Positions 48,093-57,870 of a DNA stretch of 64,000 bases are shown here, piece by piece. Origin of the DNA: a virus; IMG/VR virus record IMGVR_UViG_3300020424_000003, positions 16,676 through 80,675 of that record; one strand, given 5' to 3'. A program made the position numbers and the translations under genes. A model generated the notes under the pieces. That model was given only the letters and a program-made list of their open reading frames with translations, made no database searches and was not told the DNA's origin. Every line of letters starts with the position of its first letter. The first letter of the stretch is position 1.

Positions 48093-48316
48093 AGTGGCTT
48101 TTAATTTCCGCGGCATTGAATCTTCAGATTACCTATCCTAGCCAGGAAGTCTGTAATCAGGCACTTGAACAAGTGAAAGGACAAGATATGTCCGCCATTT
48201 GTATTCCAGCAGGAGAGAATAAGATGGAGACGCAGATGAATTCTGTATTCACTAATTTCTTAGGATTGGTGCAAGAATTACAGAAGATGGAATTGGATAA
48301 CCAAAATACAAAATAA
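48089..48316 (+). CDS. Hypothetical protein
   Basis: Coupled ORF. Confidence 0.55.
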   Translation: MKWLLISAALNLQITYPSQEVCNQALEQVKGQDMSAICIPAGENKMETQMNSVFTNFLGLVQELQKMELDNQNTK

Positions 48317-48386
48317 TGGTTGACCTTTAAGAGAACTGGCATTATAATAAAAGTATAATTAGGCATTTATGAAAGGGCAAAAAAAT

Positions 48387-48677
48387 ATGAACAATCTAGT
48401 CACAAAGGCAAGTGAGTTAATCTACCAAATGGACAACGATCAGTTGAACCAAGTTATCGAAGCAATCAAATTGAAAAGAACACACCTAGCCAAACAGGCT
48501 GTGAGATCTTTTAGGATTGGTGACATTGTAGGATTTACTGGCAAGAGGGGCCAACAAGTTTCCGGTAAGGTAAAGAAAATTAATCAGAAATATATTTTAA
48601 TAGATTGTGGTACCCAAGGTCAATGGAGAGTACCAGGCAATCATCTTACAAAATTAGGTATAGGAGAGGAGGTGTAA
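48387..48677 (+). CDS. Hypothetical protein, SH3/KOW-like
   Basis: FRIGDIVGF...GKVKKIN...WRVP. Confidence 0.65.
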   Translation: MNNLVTKASELIYQMDNDQLNQVIEAIKLKRTHLAKQAVRSFRIGDIVGFTGKRGQQVSGKVKKINQKYILIDCGTQGQWRVPGNHLTKLGIGEEV

Positions 48678-48836
48678 TATGGATAGAGAAGCATTAGAAA
48701 ACATCGTCCTCAACGGCATAGCAGGCGTAGACGGAATCTGTGATATGATAAAAGATTGCATCGACTCAGGAGACCTACAAGGTGCGAAAGATTGGATCGA
48801 TCAATTGAATGAAGAAATTTACGAGGTCTCAAAATA

Positions 48837-49061
48837 ATGGGACCTTTTTCAGAAGAATTACAATATAAAAGAGCAGAAGCAATTGAGCGACTACTCAAGA
48901 ACAATCCTCAATTGGATGCTATTACCAAGTCCATGTGGGAACAGAAATTGAAGGGTCTTTGCTATGACGAAGATTCTTATAATGCAAGAGTGAGAATGAT
49001 CTTCTCAGGAGTGAAAAGGTTTACAGATGAAATTACGAGCAGGCGATACGGTATCAATTAA
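48837..49061 (+). CDS. Hypothetical protein
   Basis: GAGG SD. Confidence 0.55.
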   Translation: MGPFSEELQYKRAEAIERLLKNNPQLDAITKSMWEQKLKGLCYDEDSYNARVRMIFSGVKRFTDEITSRRYGIN

Positions 49062-49443
49062 GTATAAGAATTCAATGTGGGAATATCGTGATCGCTATGC
49101 CTTTCACATTCCGGAATTCAATTATTACGAAGGTAAAGTCCTATATGAAAAATGGTTTGAAGCAGGTGAAGTTGGCTTGACCACAGACCAACCCCATTTC
49201 CCATTTAGGAGACTTCGAATGGAAAGGATTGTGGAGATCAATGGCAAAAAATCCAAATTCTCCGCGAAATCGCTTTCGACATCAAAAGACGGTCCGGAAC
49301 GAACGATCACTATTAAGGGTTCGACAGGAAGCCTATACCAGGTTCAAATCGGAGGGAGCCGGGGACCATCTTGCTCTTGTAAAGGCTATCAATTTCGTAG
49401 GTCTTGCAGACACATCGTCGAAGCAGAAAAAATCGCGGCATAA
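49027..49443 (+). CDS. SWIM zinc-finger protein
   Basis: CSCKGYQFRRSCRH. Confidence 0.8.
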   Translation: MKLRAGDTVSIKYKNSMWEYRDRYAFHIPEFNYYEGKVLYEKWFEAGEVGLTTDQPHFPFRRLRMERIVEINGKKSKFSAKSLSTSKDGPERTITIKGSTGSLYQVQIGGSRGPSCSCKGYQFRRSCRHIVEAEKIAA

Positions 49444-49912
49444 AAGAACCAGAACAAAAAGAACAAAAAGAGGTTGACATATTGAAGCTCTGGCTTTAAT
49501 ATAAAACTATAATTTGATAATGAGGCACAAAATGAAAAGATTAGAGGCAAATGAATTGGTAGAGCAGATGGCTCGTCAACCTGAAGACAGCAAGAAAGAG
49601 TTCGCAAGAATTCTTGCTAAGAAATGGCCACACCTGGCATCAAACATCGTTCAGTATATCGACATTGAGCTGATGGATCAGGAGGCACAAAAAGGCATTT
49701 GGTCTGACTTCGCTGAAGAAGGATTGACCAAGGAAATGGAGGCAAAGTAAATATGATTAAGGCTATAATTTTTATGGGCTTAGGTGCTTTGATATTTTAT
49801 CTTTATCAGAATCCAGGAGAAATGAATTCTGTGATTGATCAAGGTAAGGCATTGATAAATCAAGGTGCAAGTATTATCCAAGAGAATACTCAGTAAGGTT
49901 TGAGGAGGGCAT

Positions 49913-50347
49913 ATGGATATAATTTTTGACATTGATGGAACATTGATGAACATTTCGCATAGAAAAAAGTTCGTCGAGCAGAGACCAAAAGACTGGGATA
50001 AGTTTCGTGAGGCAACGAAAGATGATGTTCCTAACTTGGATGTCTTTGCGATAGCCATAGCATTACAGAAACAAGGGCATAATATTTTAATCGCTTCAGG
50101 AAGAAACAAGAGCCAACGAGCAATCACAATGATGCAATTGATGAAAGAGAAATTGGTCTTTAGGGCATTGGAGTTAAGAAGTGACACGGATTATCGACCA
50201 GATCATATTGTCAAGGCCGATATGTTAGAAAAATTTAAGGCTGACGGTTGGAAGCCTGAATTGGTATTTGACGACAGAAGTTCAGTCGTGGATATGTGGA
50301 GAAGCAAAGGTCTTAGAGCGGTGCAAGTCGCTCCTGGAGACTTTTAG
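49913..50347 (+). CDS. HAD phosphatase resembling the PNKP 3'-phosphatase domain
   Basis: FDIDGTL, SGR, FDDR...QVAPGDF. Confidence 0.85.
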   Translation: MDIIFDIDGTLMNISHRKKFVEQRPKDWDKFREATKDDVPNLDVFAIAIALQKQGHNILIASGRNKSQRAITMMQLMKEKLVFRALELRSDTDYRPDHIVKADMLEKFKADGWKPELVFDDRSSVVDMWRSKGLRAVQVAPGDF

Positions 50348-50463
50348 ATAGGTAGTGGAGTAGAAACCCTGTTAGACCTAACACCGATGTGAGATATTAA
50401 GTTAGGCGAGTTATCGGGGGGCGACTTTCTAGGAGAGGCCCCCCACCCTTAAAGGAGGATTGA

Positions 50464-50643
50464 ATGGGATATACAATTTTACAACCAATAGACACCAAAA
50501 GATACACTCCGATGGAGGGTCTTGAGGGTCCTTTTATGCAGACATCCGGAAAGGTATTGTATTACGATCCGGCGGAAGGTAAGTATTATGATAGAGATAC
50601 TGATATGTATCTTGAACACAATGAATGGGAGAGTCACCAATGA
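50464..50643 (+). CDS. Hypothetical protein (59 aa; not in ORF track)
   Basis: AGGAGG SD; GLEGPF...LYYDPAEGKYYD. Confidence 0.65.
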   Translation: MGYTILQPIDTKRYTPMEGLEGPFMQTSGKVLYYDPAEGKYYDRDTDMYLEHNEWESHQ

Positions 50644-50933
50644 TTAAAGCAGAAGATATCAAGCCAGGTAAATCTTATGCCTGTAAGTTTAAGGTTGAAA
50701 CTATGTTAGACCAATTTGGTCGTCCACCTAATCTATCAGATGTTCCTTTGAAAGGTCCTGGTATGTATGAAAGTTTTGGATTGATCACGATCCGAGATTC
50801 AGAAAAGAAATTATTCAAAATTCAAGATCTCAAGAACAATACCGGAAGGAAGACTTCAAATGAATTCATCGTTCCTTGGTCAGATTGTTGGGATATTGAT
50901 GAGGCAGAATTGGTTGACAAGGAGGTTGACTAA
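50640..50933 (+). CDS. Hypothetical protein
   Basis: ATGA overlap with the previous gene. Confidence 0.65.
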   Translation: MIKAEDIKPGKSYACKFKVETMLDQFGRPPNLSDVPLKGPGMYESFGLITIRDSEKKLFKIQDLKNNTGRKTSNEFIVPWSDCWDIDEAELVDKEVD

Positions 50934-50984
50934 ATCACCTTTAGGCTATAAATTATAAAAACAATAAAAAACAGAAAGGCAAAT

Positions 50985-51161
50985 ATGTCATTAGGACCAA
51001 GTATAACAACCGAGCAAGAAGATAAACAAAATAGATTGAACGAGCTTATGGCAAAGTTCTTAGCCAAGGGCGGAAAGATCGAAAAAATTCCATACGGTAT
51101 GACAGGCGAAATGTATCGTGACATGAAAAAAGGCAAAAAGAAAAAAGGACGAAAGAAGTGA
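50985..51161 (+). CDS. Small basic protein (58 aa; not in ORF track)
   Basis: FLAKGGKIEKIP motif; own promoter. Confidence 0.6.
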   Translation: MSLGPSITTEQEDKQNRLNELMAKFLAKGGKIEKIPYGMTGEMYRDMKKGKKKKGRKK

Positions 51162-51399
51162 AAAAGTCAGACACTATTAAATTAATGATCGACAGCCTTG
51201 CTGATGATCGACCAAAGCTCTTCATTTTTGAAACTGAGAAAGAAGAAATAGAAATCAATGCTATGGACTTTCGAGATGCAGTTTTAACCTTAGAAGAAAG
51301 AGAGGGAATCCACAAGTTCAACGAGGTTCTCTCTATCCAAGAAATATCATCGCCCATTCCGGGCATTGATACCATCCACTAGACAGAAGAGGAGATATC

Positions 51400-51486
51400 G
51401 ACCGCGTGGCGGAATAGGTAGACGCAACGGACTTAAAATCCGTTATCGATATCGGTGTGTGGGTTCGAGTCCCTCCGCGGTCACCA
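51400..51486 (+). tRNA. tRNA-Leu(TAA)
   Basis: Loop CTTAAAA; long variable arm; CCA. Confidence 0.93.
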
Positions 51487-51499
51487 CCCTTTGAATAAT

Positions 51500-51576
51500 C
51501 TGCCCGTAGCTCAGCTGGACAGAGCAATGGCCTTCTAAGCCATGGGTCGAGGGTTCGAATCCTTCCGGGCAGGCCA
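51500..51576 (+). tRNA. tRNA-Arg(TCT)
   Basis: Loop CTTCTAA; CCA. Confidence 0.95.
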
Positions 51577-51578
51577 AA

Positions 51579-51672
51579 GGTCCTATAGTTTAACGGTAAA
51601 ACACCCGATTTATATTCGGCATAGTCTCCAGATTAGAGAGCGATCCTGGTTCGAATCCAGGTGGGACCACCA
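51579..51672 (+). tRNA. tRNA-Ile(TAT) with an atypical 24-nt variable arm
   Basis: GGTCCTA/TGGGACC acceptor stem; loop TTTATAT; CCTGG-TTCGAAT-CCAGG T-arm; ACCA end. Confidence 0.8.
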
Positions 51673-51768
51673 ATTTTTTTCCATAAAATATAGACAAATT
51701 AGAGGTTGACAAATCGAGTCGTTGGCCTTATTATAATAGTATAAATGAAACAAAAGAAAGAGGGCAAA

Positions 51769-52164
51769 ATGACATTCGTAATTTATAGAACAGATACCAC
51801 AGAAATAGTAAGTGAGAAAGACTATTCTTATAGTGGTCAAATCCATAAAACAGAAGGCCATGCTAAGGCTTCTTTGACTAGAATCAAGAAGAAGTTCGCA
51901 GAAGGTCTTAAAAACAAAAGACCATATGGAACTTTCAAATTTGAAGGTTTAGGCATTCATGAGAATGGCAAGACTGGTAGACAAGCCAGAGGTGAGTTGA
52001 CTGGTGAAATGGTTGAGATGAAGATCATAGATCAGGAAACTTACAGAAACGAAATTGAAGCCCAAGAAGAAGTCACGAACATGATGACAGGCAAGAAGTT
52101 CAAACAGAGTGTGAATACTCCACATTTCATGTCACCAAGTTCAGAGACATATTGGAGTATGTAA
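51769..52164 (+). CDS. Hypothetical early protein
   Basis: GAGGGC leader; ends TPHFMSPSSETYWSM. Confidence 0.75.
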   Translation: MTFVIYRTDTTEIVSEKDYSYSGQIHKTEGHAKASLTRIKKKFAEGLKNKRPYGTFKFEGLGIHENGKTGRQARGELTGEMVEMKIIDQETYRNEIEAQEEVTNMMTGKKFKQSVNTPHFMSPSSETYWSM

Positions 52165-52249
52165 ATTGGTAGATCAGGGGTTGACAAATGTCGCCCCTGG
52201 CTATAAAGTAAAATTATAATATTAATAAGGCAAACAGAAAGAGGCTAAA

Positions 52250-52759
52250 ATGGCAACAAGGGCGAGAGTGGCACTTCAACTTAAAGAAGACAAAATCATA
52301 GGATCTTATCAGCATTGGGACGGATACCCAAGCGGACTAGGATACAATCTCATTGACAATTGGTATAGAGCTGACAAGGTAGAAAAGGCTATCATGTTAG
52401 GTGATGCATCTAAATGGGGTCAGTTCATAGGTGAAAAAATTGGCTTTGATAACAGAGAAGCAGATTCATATGATTACCAGAATGTTTATTATGGCCGTGA
52501 TAGAGGTGAGAAAGATTGTAATCATAAAGTTTATACCAGCGAAGAAGCATATTTGAAGAACGGTTTCAACTCTGGAGAAGATTACATTTACCTGGGCAAG
52601 ATGATTGGCCAGAAGGATTACTTAGGTAGAGAACAAGTGACTTGGTTCTATGCGAAGTATGATATGAAGAAGTTTGAGCCGTTAGAGACGGTAGCAATTA
52701 TGGATCACATTGATGATCTAAAAAGGCATATGAAAGAGCAGTTGAAGGAGGTGGCATAG
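52250..52759 (+). CDS. Hypothetical early protein
   Basis: MATR...YQHWDGYP motif. Confidence 0.75.
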   Translation: MATRARVALQLKEDKIIGSYQHWDGYPSGLGYNLIDNWYRADKVEKAIMLGDASKWGQFIGEKIGFDNREADSYDYQNVYYGRDRGEKDCNHKVYTSEEAYLKNGFNSGEDYIYLGKMIGQKDYLGREQVTWFYAKYDMKKFEPLETVAIMDHIDDLKRHMKEQLKEVA

Positions 52760-53187
52760 TGTCAGAACATTATGAAATTGATTCCTTAAAACACAAGGAC
52801 GGAAATTTTGATGTGAAGGTTGGATACTTCTATGAAGATCTTCACCCAGCAGATTTATATGATAATTCACCTAACCCAGATAACGATGGCAAGCCATATT
52901 ATGACACGGATGAAATGGCAAGAAGAATTGATTCGAACATGGATGCTTGGTTTGGCTTCTGGGCGAAATATTATTACAAAGGTCACGAAGTAGGTTATGC
53001 TAACCTAGGTGGGCTTTATTATGAGAACGATGATGCAGAAGGCGTTATTGTAAAAGAAGCCAAGACAGGAGATGATTGTTGGTATAAAGATGTTATTGAC
53101 GAAGCAAAGGATCAAGCGATTAAGGAAGTCGGCGATCTGCATAGGCAGATGGAGTTAGACTTTGGTCCATTGAAGGAGGTTGCATGA
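52759..53187 (+). CDS. Hypothetical protein
   Basis: GTG start after AGGAGG. Confidence 0.7.
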   Translation: MSEHYEIDSLKHKDGNFDVKVGYFYEDLHPADLYDNSPNPDNDGKPYYDTDEMARRIDSNMDAWFGFWAKYYYKGHEVGYANLGGLYYENDDAEGVIVKEAKTGDDCWYKDVIDEAKDQAIKEVGDLHRQMELDFGPLKEVA

Positions 53188-53634
53188 AAATCATAATTGG
53201 TCTGACTATGATGCTTTTAGGCGTGGGCATGATTTTTTATGATGGCATGAGCAGAGAAGTATGGGATATTGATGTAGGTCTTTGGACCTTCTTCGGAATA
53301 TCAATTGGCTTCTTTGGTTATATGCTTTGGGATGATAAGTTTTAGAGTTTCGATTCAGGCCAGTTGGAAATGGCTTGATGAGATGGTTTTCGTCCGATGC
53401 GGACGGTTTACCCCGATCTTAGATCAAATAAACCATAAAGCGGCGAAGTAGAAGTAGGAGAATGGCATTGAACGAATTGATTCGACCAACAGATGATAGG
53501 GGAGATATTGCTAGAGCATTGAATAAATGGGCGACTTCGAAAACTCAAGATCCTACAAATATATTGGTGATCTTTGACATTGACGAATCAAGGCAAAGGT
53601 TATAATATAAACTTATAATTAAAAGGAGGGCAAT

Positions 53635-54294
53635 ATGCCAAATTGGTGTAATAACAATATAACAATAGAAGGTCCCAAAGAGAAGATCAAAGCAATCTGG
53701 GACAAAGTTCAAGCAGACCCTGATAAAGGGTTTTTTCAACATCTTGTTCCGGCTCCAAAAGAACTAGACGGAACCACTTCCCCTACTCCAGAACCAGGTT
53801 GGGCTAATTACAAAGGTCCACAGCCAGTGGTAGACGGTTGTGATAATTGGTATGATTGGAGAGTGAAGTATTGGGGTACCAAGTGGGATATCTCAATTGA
53901 TGATTCAGGCTTAGATTATTATGAAGAGGGTGACAAGAGTTATATCAAAGGTTGGTATGACACGGCTTGGGGACCTGCTTTAGAATGTTTCGATACATTC
54001 CTAAGAAAACATAACGACATCTATATCACGAATCTTTATTACGAACCTGGTTGTGATTTCGCAGGCATTTATACTGACGGACATGACGATGGTATTAATC
54101 CAAGTGATTATAAAGCAGATGACTTCTTAGAAGCGGATAGAGACACCGTAGTAGGTCAATTGGACGAGTGCTTTAGCATTGGTGAAACAATGGCCGAATA
54201 TGAAGAAGAACAAGAAACAGAAGCAGAACGAAAGGTAAGAGAACTTGTCGTTGAAAAGAAGGCTCAGAATATGCCGGAAAAGGAGATAGCATGA
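53635..54294 (+). CDS. DUF1281-like phage protein
   Basis: MPNWCNN, WYDWRVKYWGTKWD, DTAWGP, YEPGCDFAG. Confidence 0.75.
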   Translation: MPNWCNNNITIEGPKEKIKAIWDKVQADPDKGFFQHLVPAPKELDGTTSPTPEPGWANYKGPQPVVDGCDNWYDWRVKYWGTKWDISIDDSGLDYYEEGDKSYIKGWYDTAWGPALECFDTFLRKHNDIYITNLYYEPGCDFAGIYTDGHDDGINPSDYKADDFLEADRDTVVGQLDECFSIGETMAEYEEEQETEAERKVRELVVEKKAQNMPEKEIA

Positions 54295-54524
54295 GTAAGA
54301 AGTGGAAAATATGTGTTGACCTAGATTCAGCTCAAGAAGATGCAGAGTTTTTAGAAGAGCAGACTATCGTGGCTGACACTGAAGAAGAAGCATTGAAAAA
54401 AGCTCAGGCTCTGATTAAAGAAGAAATGATCAGTGGCCCATACTACAATCTTTCTGAATATGATGGAGAGGACGAAGTCGAAGAGGAATCAGAACCTTTC
54501 AGTGAGGAGGAATATGGAGTATAG
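54291..54524 (+). CDS. Acidic hypothetical protein
   Basis: Coupled ORF. Confidence 0.6.
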   Translation: MSKKWKICVDLDSAQEDAEFLEEQTIVADTEEEALKKAQALIKEEMISGPYYNLSEYDGEDEVEEESEPFSEEEYGV

Positions 54525-55068
54525 CAAGGTAGACCATAGGCTAGACGATAGGTCAGCAAGGTTTCATGCAAGAGTCATGAAGGCGGATCTAGCCACTCTT
54601 GATTATGTTTATAATTCTCCTAGCGGACACAGAGACATCAATGTGGCAAGAGCCACAAACCATGTGACCTGGGACTACGGCAAGGATATGTGGTGTATGG
54701 TTGATCATTTGATGATAAACTTTTACATCAAGGCCAAGACAACGGATACCAGAGAACATCTTGAGGATAAGATCAATAGAGATGTGGTTGAGTTGATCAA
54801 AGGTCCTAGGTATTATGATTCAGCCAAGGTATATTGCATGATTGACATGGACTATCCAGAAGATGAATCAATATATGATTTAGTTAAAAAGCCGAAGAAG
54901 GATAGAAACCCGTGGTCAGTGGACGGCAAAGAAGGTGAGATCACTTATCATGTGACACTTCATATCCAAGAATGCAATAATTCTGACTTGGCTATATATG
55001 AAGACTATACCGGCGGTGGAAATTACTTTGATTTGTCAGGTAATGATTTAGAAAGGAAAGTGGCATGA
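54514..55068 (+). CDS. Hypothetical protein
   Basis: GAGGAGG SD before MEYSKV. Confidence 0.65.
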   Translation: MEYSKVDHRLDDRSARFHARVMKADLATLDYVYNSPSGHRDINVARATNHVTWDYGKDMWCMVDHLMINFYIKAKTTDTREHLEDKINRDVVELIKGPRYYDSAKVYCMIDMDYPEDESIYDLVKKPKKDRNPWSVDGKEGEITYHVTLHIQECNNSDLAIYEDYTGGGNYFDLSGNDLERKVA

Positions 55069-55406
55069 CAGAAGATCTAAAGAAGTTTGAAGACGATTCC
55101 ATTGTGGGAGAAGATAGCAGAGGCTATGGTTTGACCCACTATGTTTTATCAGAAAGATTGATGCAGGTTGAACACTCGACCATCAAAGAAGAAATGAACA
55201 AGGACGGACACTCCGATACCTTGATCTATATGCTGGACGGTGGCTTCAGAGGCTTTCACAAGATGAGCCCGGGTGAGCTATGGTCAGAATGGAAAGATGG
55301 TGCAGAAGCCAAGTGGTTTGAAATGTATGATGATGAATCACTTCCATATAGCATTTACGAAGAAGATCCGTTGGAGCAAGAAGCAGAACAAGGCAGACAG
55401 GGCTAA
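55065..55406 (+). CDS. Acidic hypothetical protein
   Basis: Coupled ORF. Confidence 0.65.
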   Translation: MTEDLKKFEDDSIVGEDSRGYGLTHYVLSERLMQVEHSTIKEEMNKDGHSDTLIYMLDGGFRGFHKMSPGELWSEWKDGAEAKWFEMYDDESLPYSIYEEDPLEQEAEQGRQG

Positions 55407-55499
55407 TGATTGTCGTTGAAATAATCGCAGGCATGATGATAGCCAATCTTATTTTATCTATCGTGATGTAGAATAAATATCTATACAGGAGCGATAGAT

Positions 55500-55934
55500 A
55501 TGGCATTCAAGTTATCTCAGCATTGGAAGGACAAGATCAGAACACGAGCAATGATCAATCGTGGCATCAGTGATCAGGTCAAAGAGAATTACAGAGTAAA
55601 ATGGGATCACCCAGATTGGGACAAGGGAGAAAAGGTTGAAGAAAAGACCTTTGCAGATCTCGATGAAGCCAAGAAGTATGGTGCATGGGTGGCTCGTAAT
55701 TATGATCTCAGAAGAGAGGGCAAGGACGAGAATTCAATTGATGTTAGAACAGGATACAATCCGGTGCCAGAGCCAAGTTCAGTGGTGCCCATAGCAATTG
55801 AGACTCCATTCGGACTATTGGAGCTCACGGAGATCGATGTGTTTGGAGAAGATGCAGGTTCATGGAGCCTTGTTGATGCATTGGTCAAGACAGGTGAACG
55901 AAACAAGGTAGAAGACGATTTCAGATCAGGATAG
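55500..55934 (+). CDS. Hypothetical protein
   Basis: Downstream of TAAATA; AGGAG SD. Confidence 0.65.
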   Translation: MAFKLSQHWKDKIRTRAMINRGISDQVKENYRVKWDHPDWDKGEKVEEKTFADLDEAKKYGAWVARNYDLRREGKDENSIDVRTGYNPVPEPSSVVPIAIETPFGLLELTEIDVFGEDAGSWSLVDALVKTGERNKVEDDFRSG

Positions 55935-56140
55935 AGACAACGAGGCGAAAAAGCCATTTAGAGCCTACGGTCGGAAAGCCAAAATTTCAGACAGGGTAAG
56001 CCCTAGAGTGCGAAGCACGGACGGTCGCGATTTTTGTTCCGGAGTCTACGCCTCCTACACCAAAAGTCGCTCCGCTGATCCTAGAACCACCATACAAGCC
56101 ACCTTCGATGCCTCCGACATTCCTAGGAGTTTCTTTTACT

Positions 56141-56494
56141 ATGACTGACGATAAAGGACCTATGGTCTACTCTGTGGACGACGAAACAAAGGAGATTCTA
56201 ACAGAGTTCCTTAACCTTATAGAAGGCCTAGCAGACCTACAGATGACGGACGAAGCCACCGATGAACTACGACTCCTTAATCGTGATGTAGGAGCACGGT
56301 TCGGCATAGAATTCAGAGACATCGTGCTAGAGAGTGATGAAGATAGTGACGGCAATCCTAGGTTCACGGTTAAGAGTTATAGAGACAAAGTAGAGCTTGC
56401 CGATAAACGGCCTTCCTATTTGAAACTTGTTTCTGATAATGATGTGAAAGGTGCGCCTGATGGGGCAAGTAATGATGACGACAGGGTTGACTAG
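56141..56494 (+). CDS. Acidic hypothetical protein with RPSYLKLV motif
   Basis: AGGAG SD. Confidence 0.6.
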   Translation: MTDDKGPMVYSVDDETKEILTEFLNLIEGLADLQMTDEATDELRLLNRDVGARFGIEFRDIVLESDEDSDGNPRFTVKSYRDKVELADKRPSYLKLVSDNDVKGAPDGASNDDDRVD

Positions 56495-56664
56495 AGTGAA
56501 CCTACGGTGCGTCTATTGGCTCCTAGTCGCTTAACCACTCCTACCACACGCCAGGAAATTTAGATTTCTGTCTACCATTCCAATAGTAGAGTAAGGCCAC
56601 TTTCGTAGCCTTACACGGCTATGAACACCTAAATAAGTGCGAGGCCCCGCTGTGGAGTTCTAGA

Positions 56665-56835
56665 ATGATGAAGCAAGATGACATAAGATACCGTTGGTAC
56701 AAGAGTGATGACGCACGGTTTTGGATTGTGGATGAAGTCTTAGGCCATAATCTAGGCTTCTGTCGCAGTGAGTCAGTGGCTGAACGATTGTGTGAGAAGC
56801 TGAACCTACTTGAAATGGAAATCGTTTGGAATTGA
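56665..56835 (+). CDS. Hypothetical protein (56 aa; not in ORF track)
   Basis: TAAATA and GGAG upstream; MMKQDDIRYRWY. Confidence 0.5.
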   Translation: MMKQDDIRYRWYKSDDARFWIVDEVLGHNLGFCRSESVAERLCEKLNLLEMEIVWN

Positions 56836-57090
56836 TGGCAGAGTATGGCAACTATGCCTGTCGTCACCGTTCTCCCATGTTTGAAAAACATTTTTGAAAC
56901 CTATTGGAACCGTACAGAATTGGTTCAAAACCGTGATCCCATGGTGGCCTCGAGAGCTGGGGTCTGGGATGCCTCGGCCCCTACAAACCACATTTAAACG
57001 GTGGGGGTATAGTATAGCATCTGGGCTCTATTGTGTCAACCAAAATTTGGCCGCTCCGCCGGCCCCTATTACTATGTGGTCTTTGACCTC

Positions 57091-57162
57091 TTCACTGAGT
57101 GCTTCACTGTATAATGTTCACTAGGCTAGATCACTGCCGTGCTTCACTACGAGTGTTTCACT
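57091..57162. repeat. Six phased (T/A)TCACT repeats
   Basis: At 57091, 57103, 57117, 57130, 57143, 57157. Confidence 0.7.
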
Positions 57163-57167
57163 GATGC

Positions 57168-57358
57168 TTATTTCTTCTTTGGATTGGTTGATGTGGATTC
57201 GCCCCAGATTCTTCTGAGATTCAAGATGATCTCTTTGGTCTCATCAATGCTTCCCGGTTCTGGATTCTTCAGACCTAAGTCCTTGAAATCTTTGGCTTTT
57301 TTGGACCTCTTGAGATCATCCTTAATGGATTTCTTAAAAGGTGGGTTCTTCAGTCTCA
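57168..57358 (-). CDS. Small basic protein
   Basis: Near-leaderless ATG after a reverse TTGAC promoter. Confidence 0.45.
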
Positions 57359-57443
57359 TAGTGTATATTTTAATCCTAGAAGTCAATAAAGTCAAGAGGT
57401 TATGTCGCCAAAATCCTGTTCTTCAGAGTCTCGTTTGGTATCA

Positions 57444-57491
57444 TCACTATATGTTGTGATCTATACCTGGGGCCGACACTAGATGTTGTGG
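57444..57491. promoter_or_regulatory. Tandem NrdR boxes
   Basis: TCACTATATGTTGTGA (57444) and ACACTAGATGTTGTGG (57476), 32 bp apart; consensus acaCwAtATaTwGtgt. Confidence 0.75.
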
Positions 57492-57673
57492 CCTGATGCT
57501 GAGGTCAGAGTTCGGCCCACCCTTTGAGTATCGAAGTGTCTGTGCCCTGGTTTGATCTAACCTTACTCTTTTTTTGGTGAGCGGGTCTGGTGTTTGCTCC
57601 GGCTTATACTATTATAATATGATCAGAGGTGAGATTTGTCAACCATTATCTGCATTTTGGCCCCATCTTTTTT

Positions 57674-57689
57674 TGACTATATGTTGTGG
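57674..57689. promoter_or_regulatory. Third NrdR-like box
   Basis: TGACTATATGTTGTGG. Confidence 0.6.
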
Positions 57690-57870
57690 TGGGAGGGGTG
57701 GTCAGACACAAGAGGAATTTCGCCCATCGGGAGCGTAGTTTATTATAACATATTTTGGTGAGGTTGTCAACCAAAAAAAGATTGAAAAAAAGATAAAAAA
57801 ATGGTTGACCTTTTGGATAGATGGTGCTATTATCAAAGTATAATAAAAAACAACGCCAAAGGAGGGCTAC

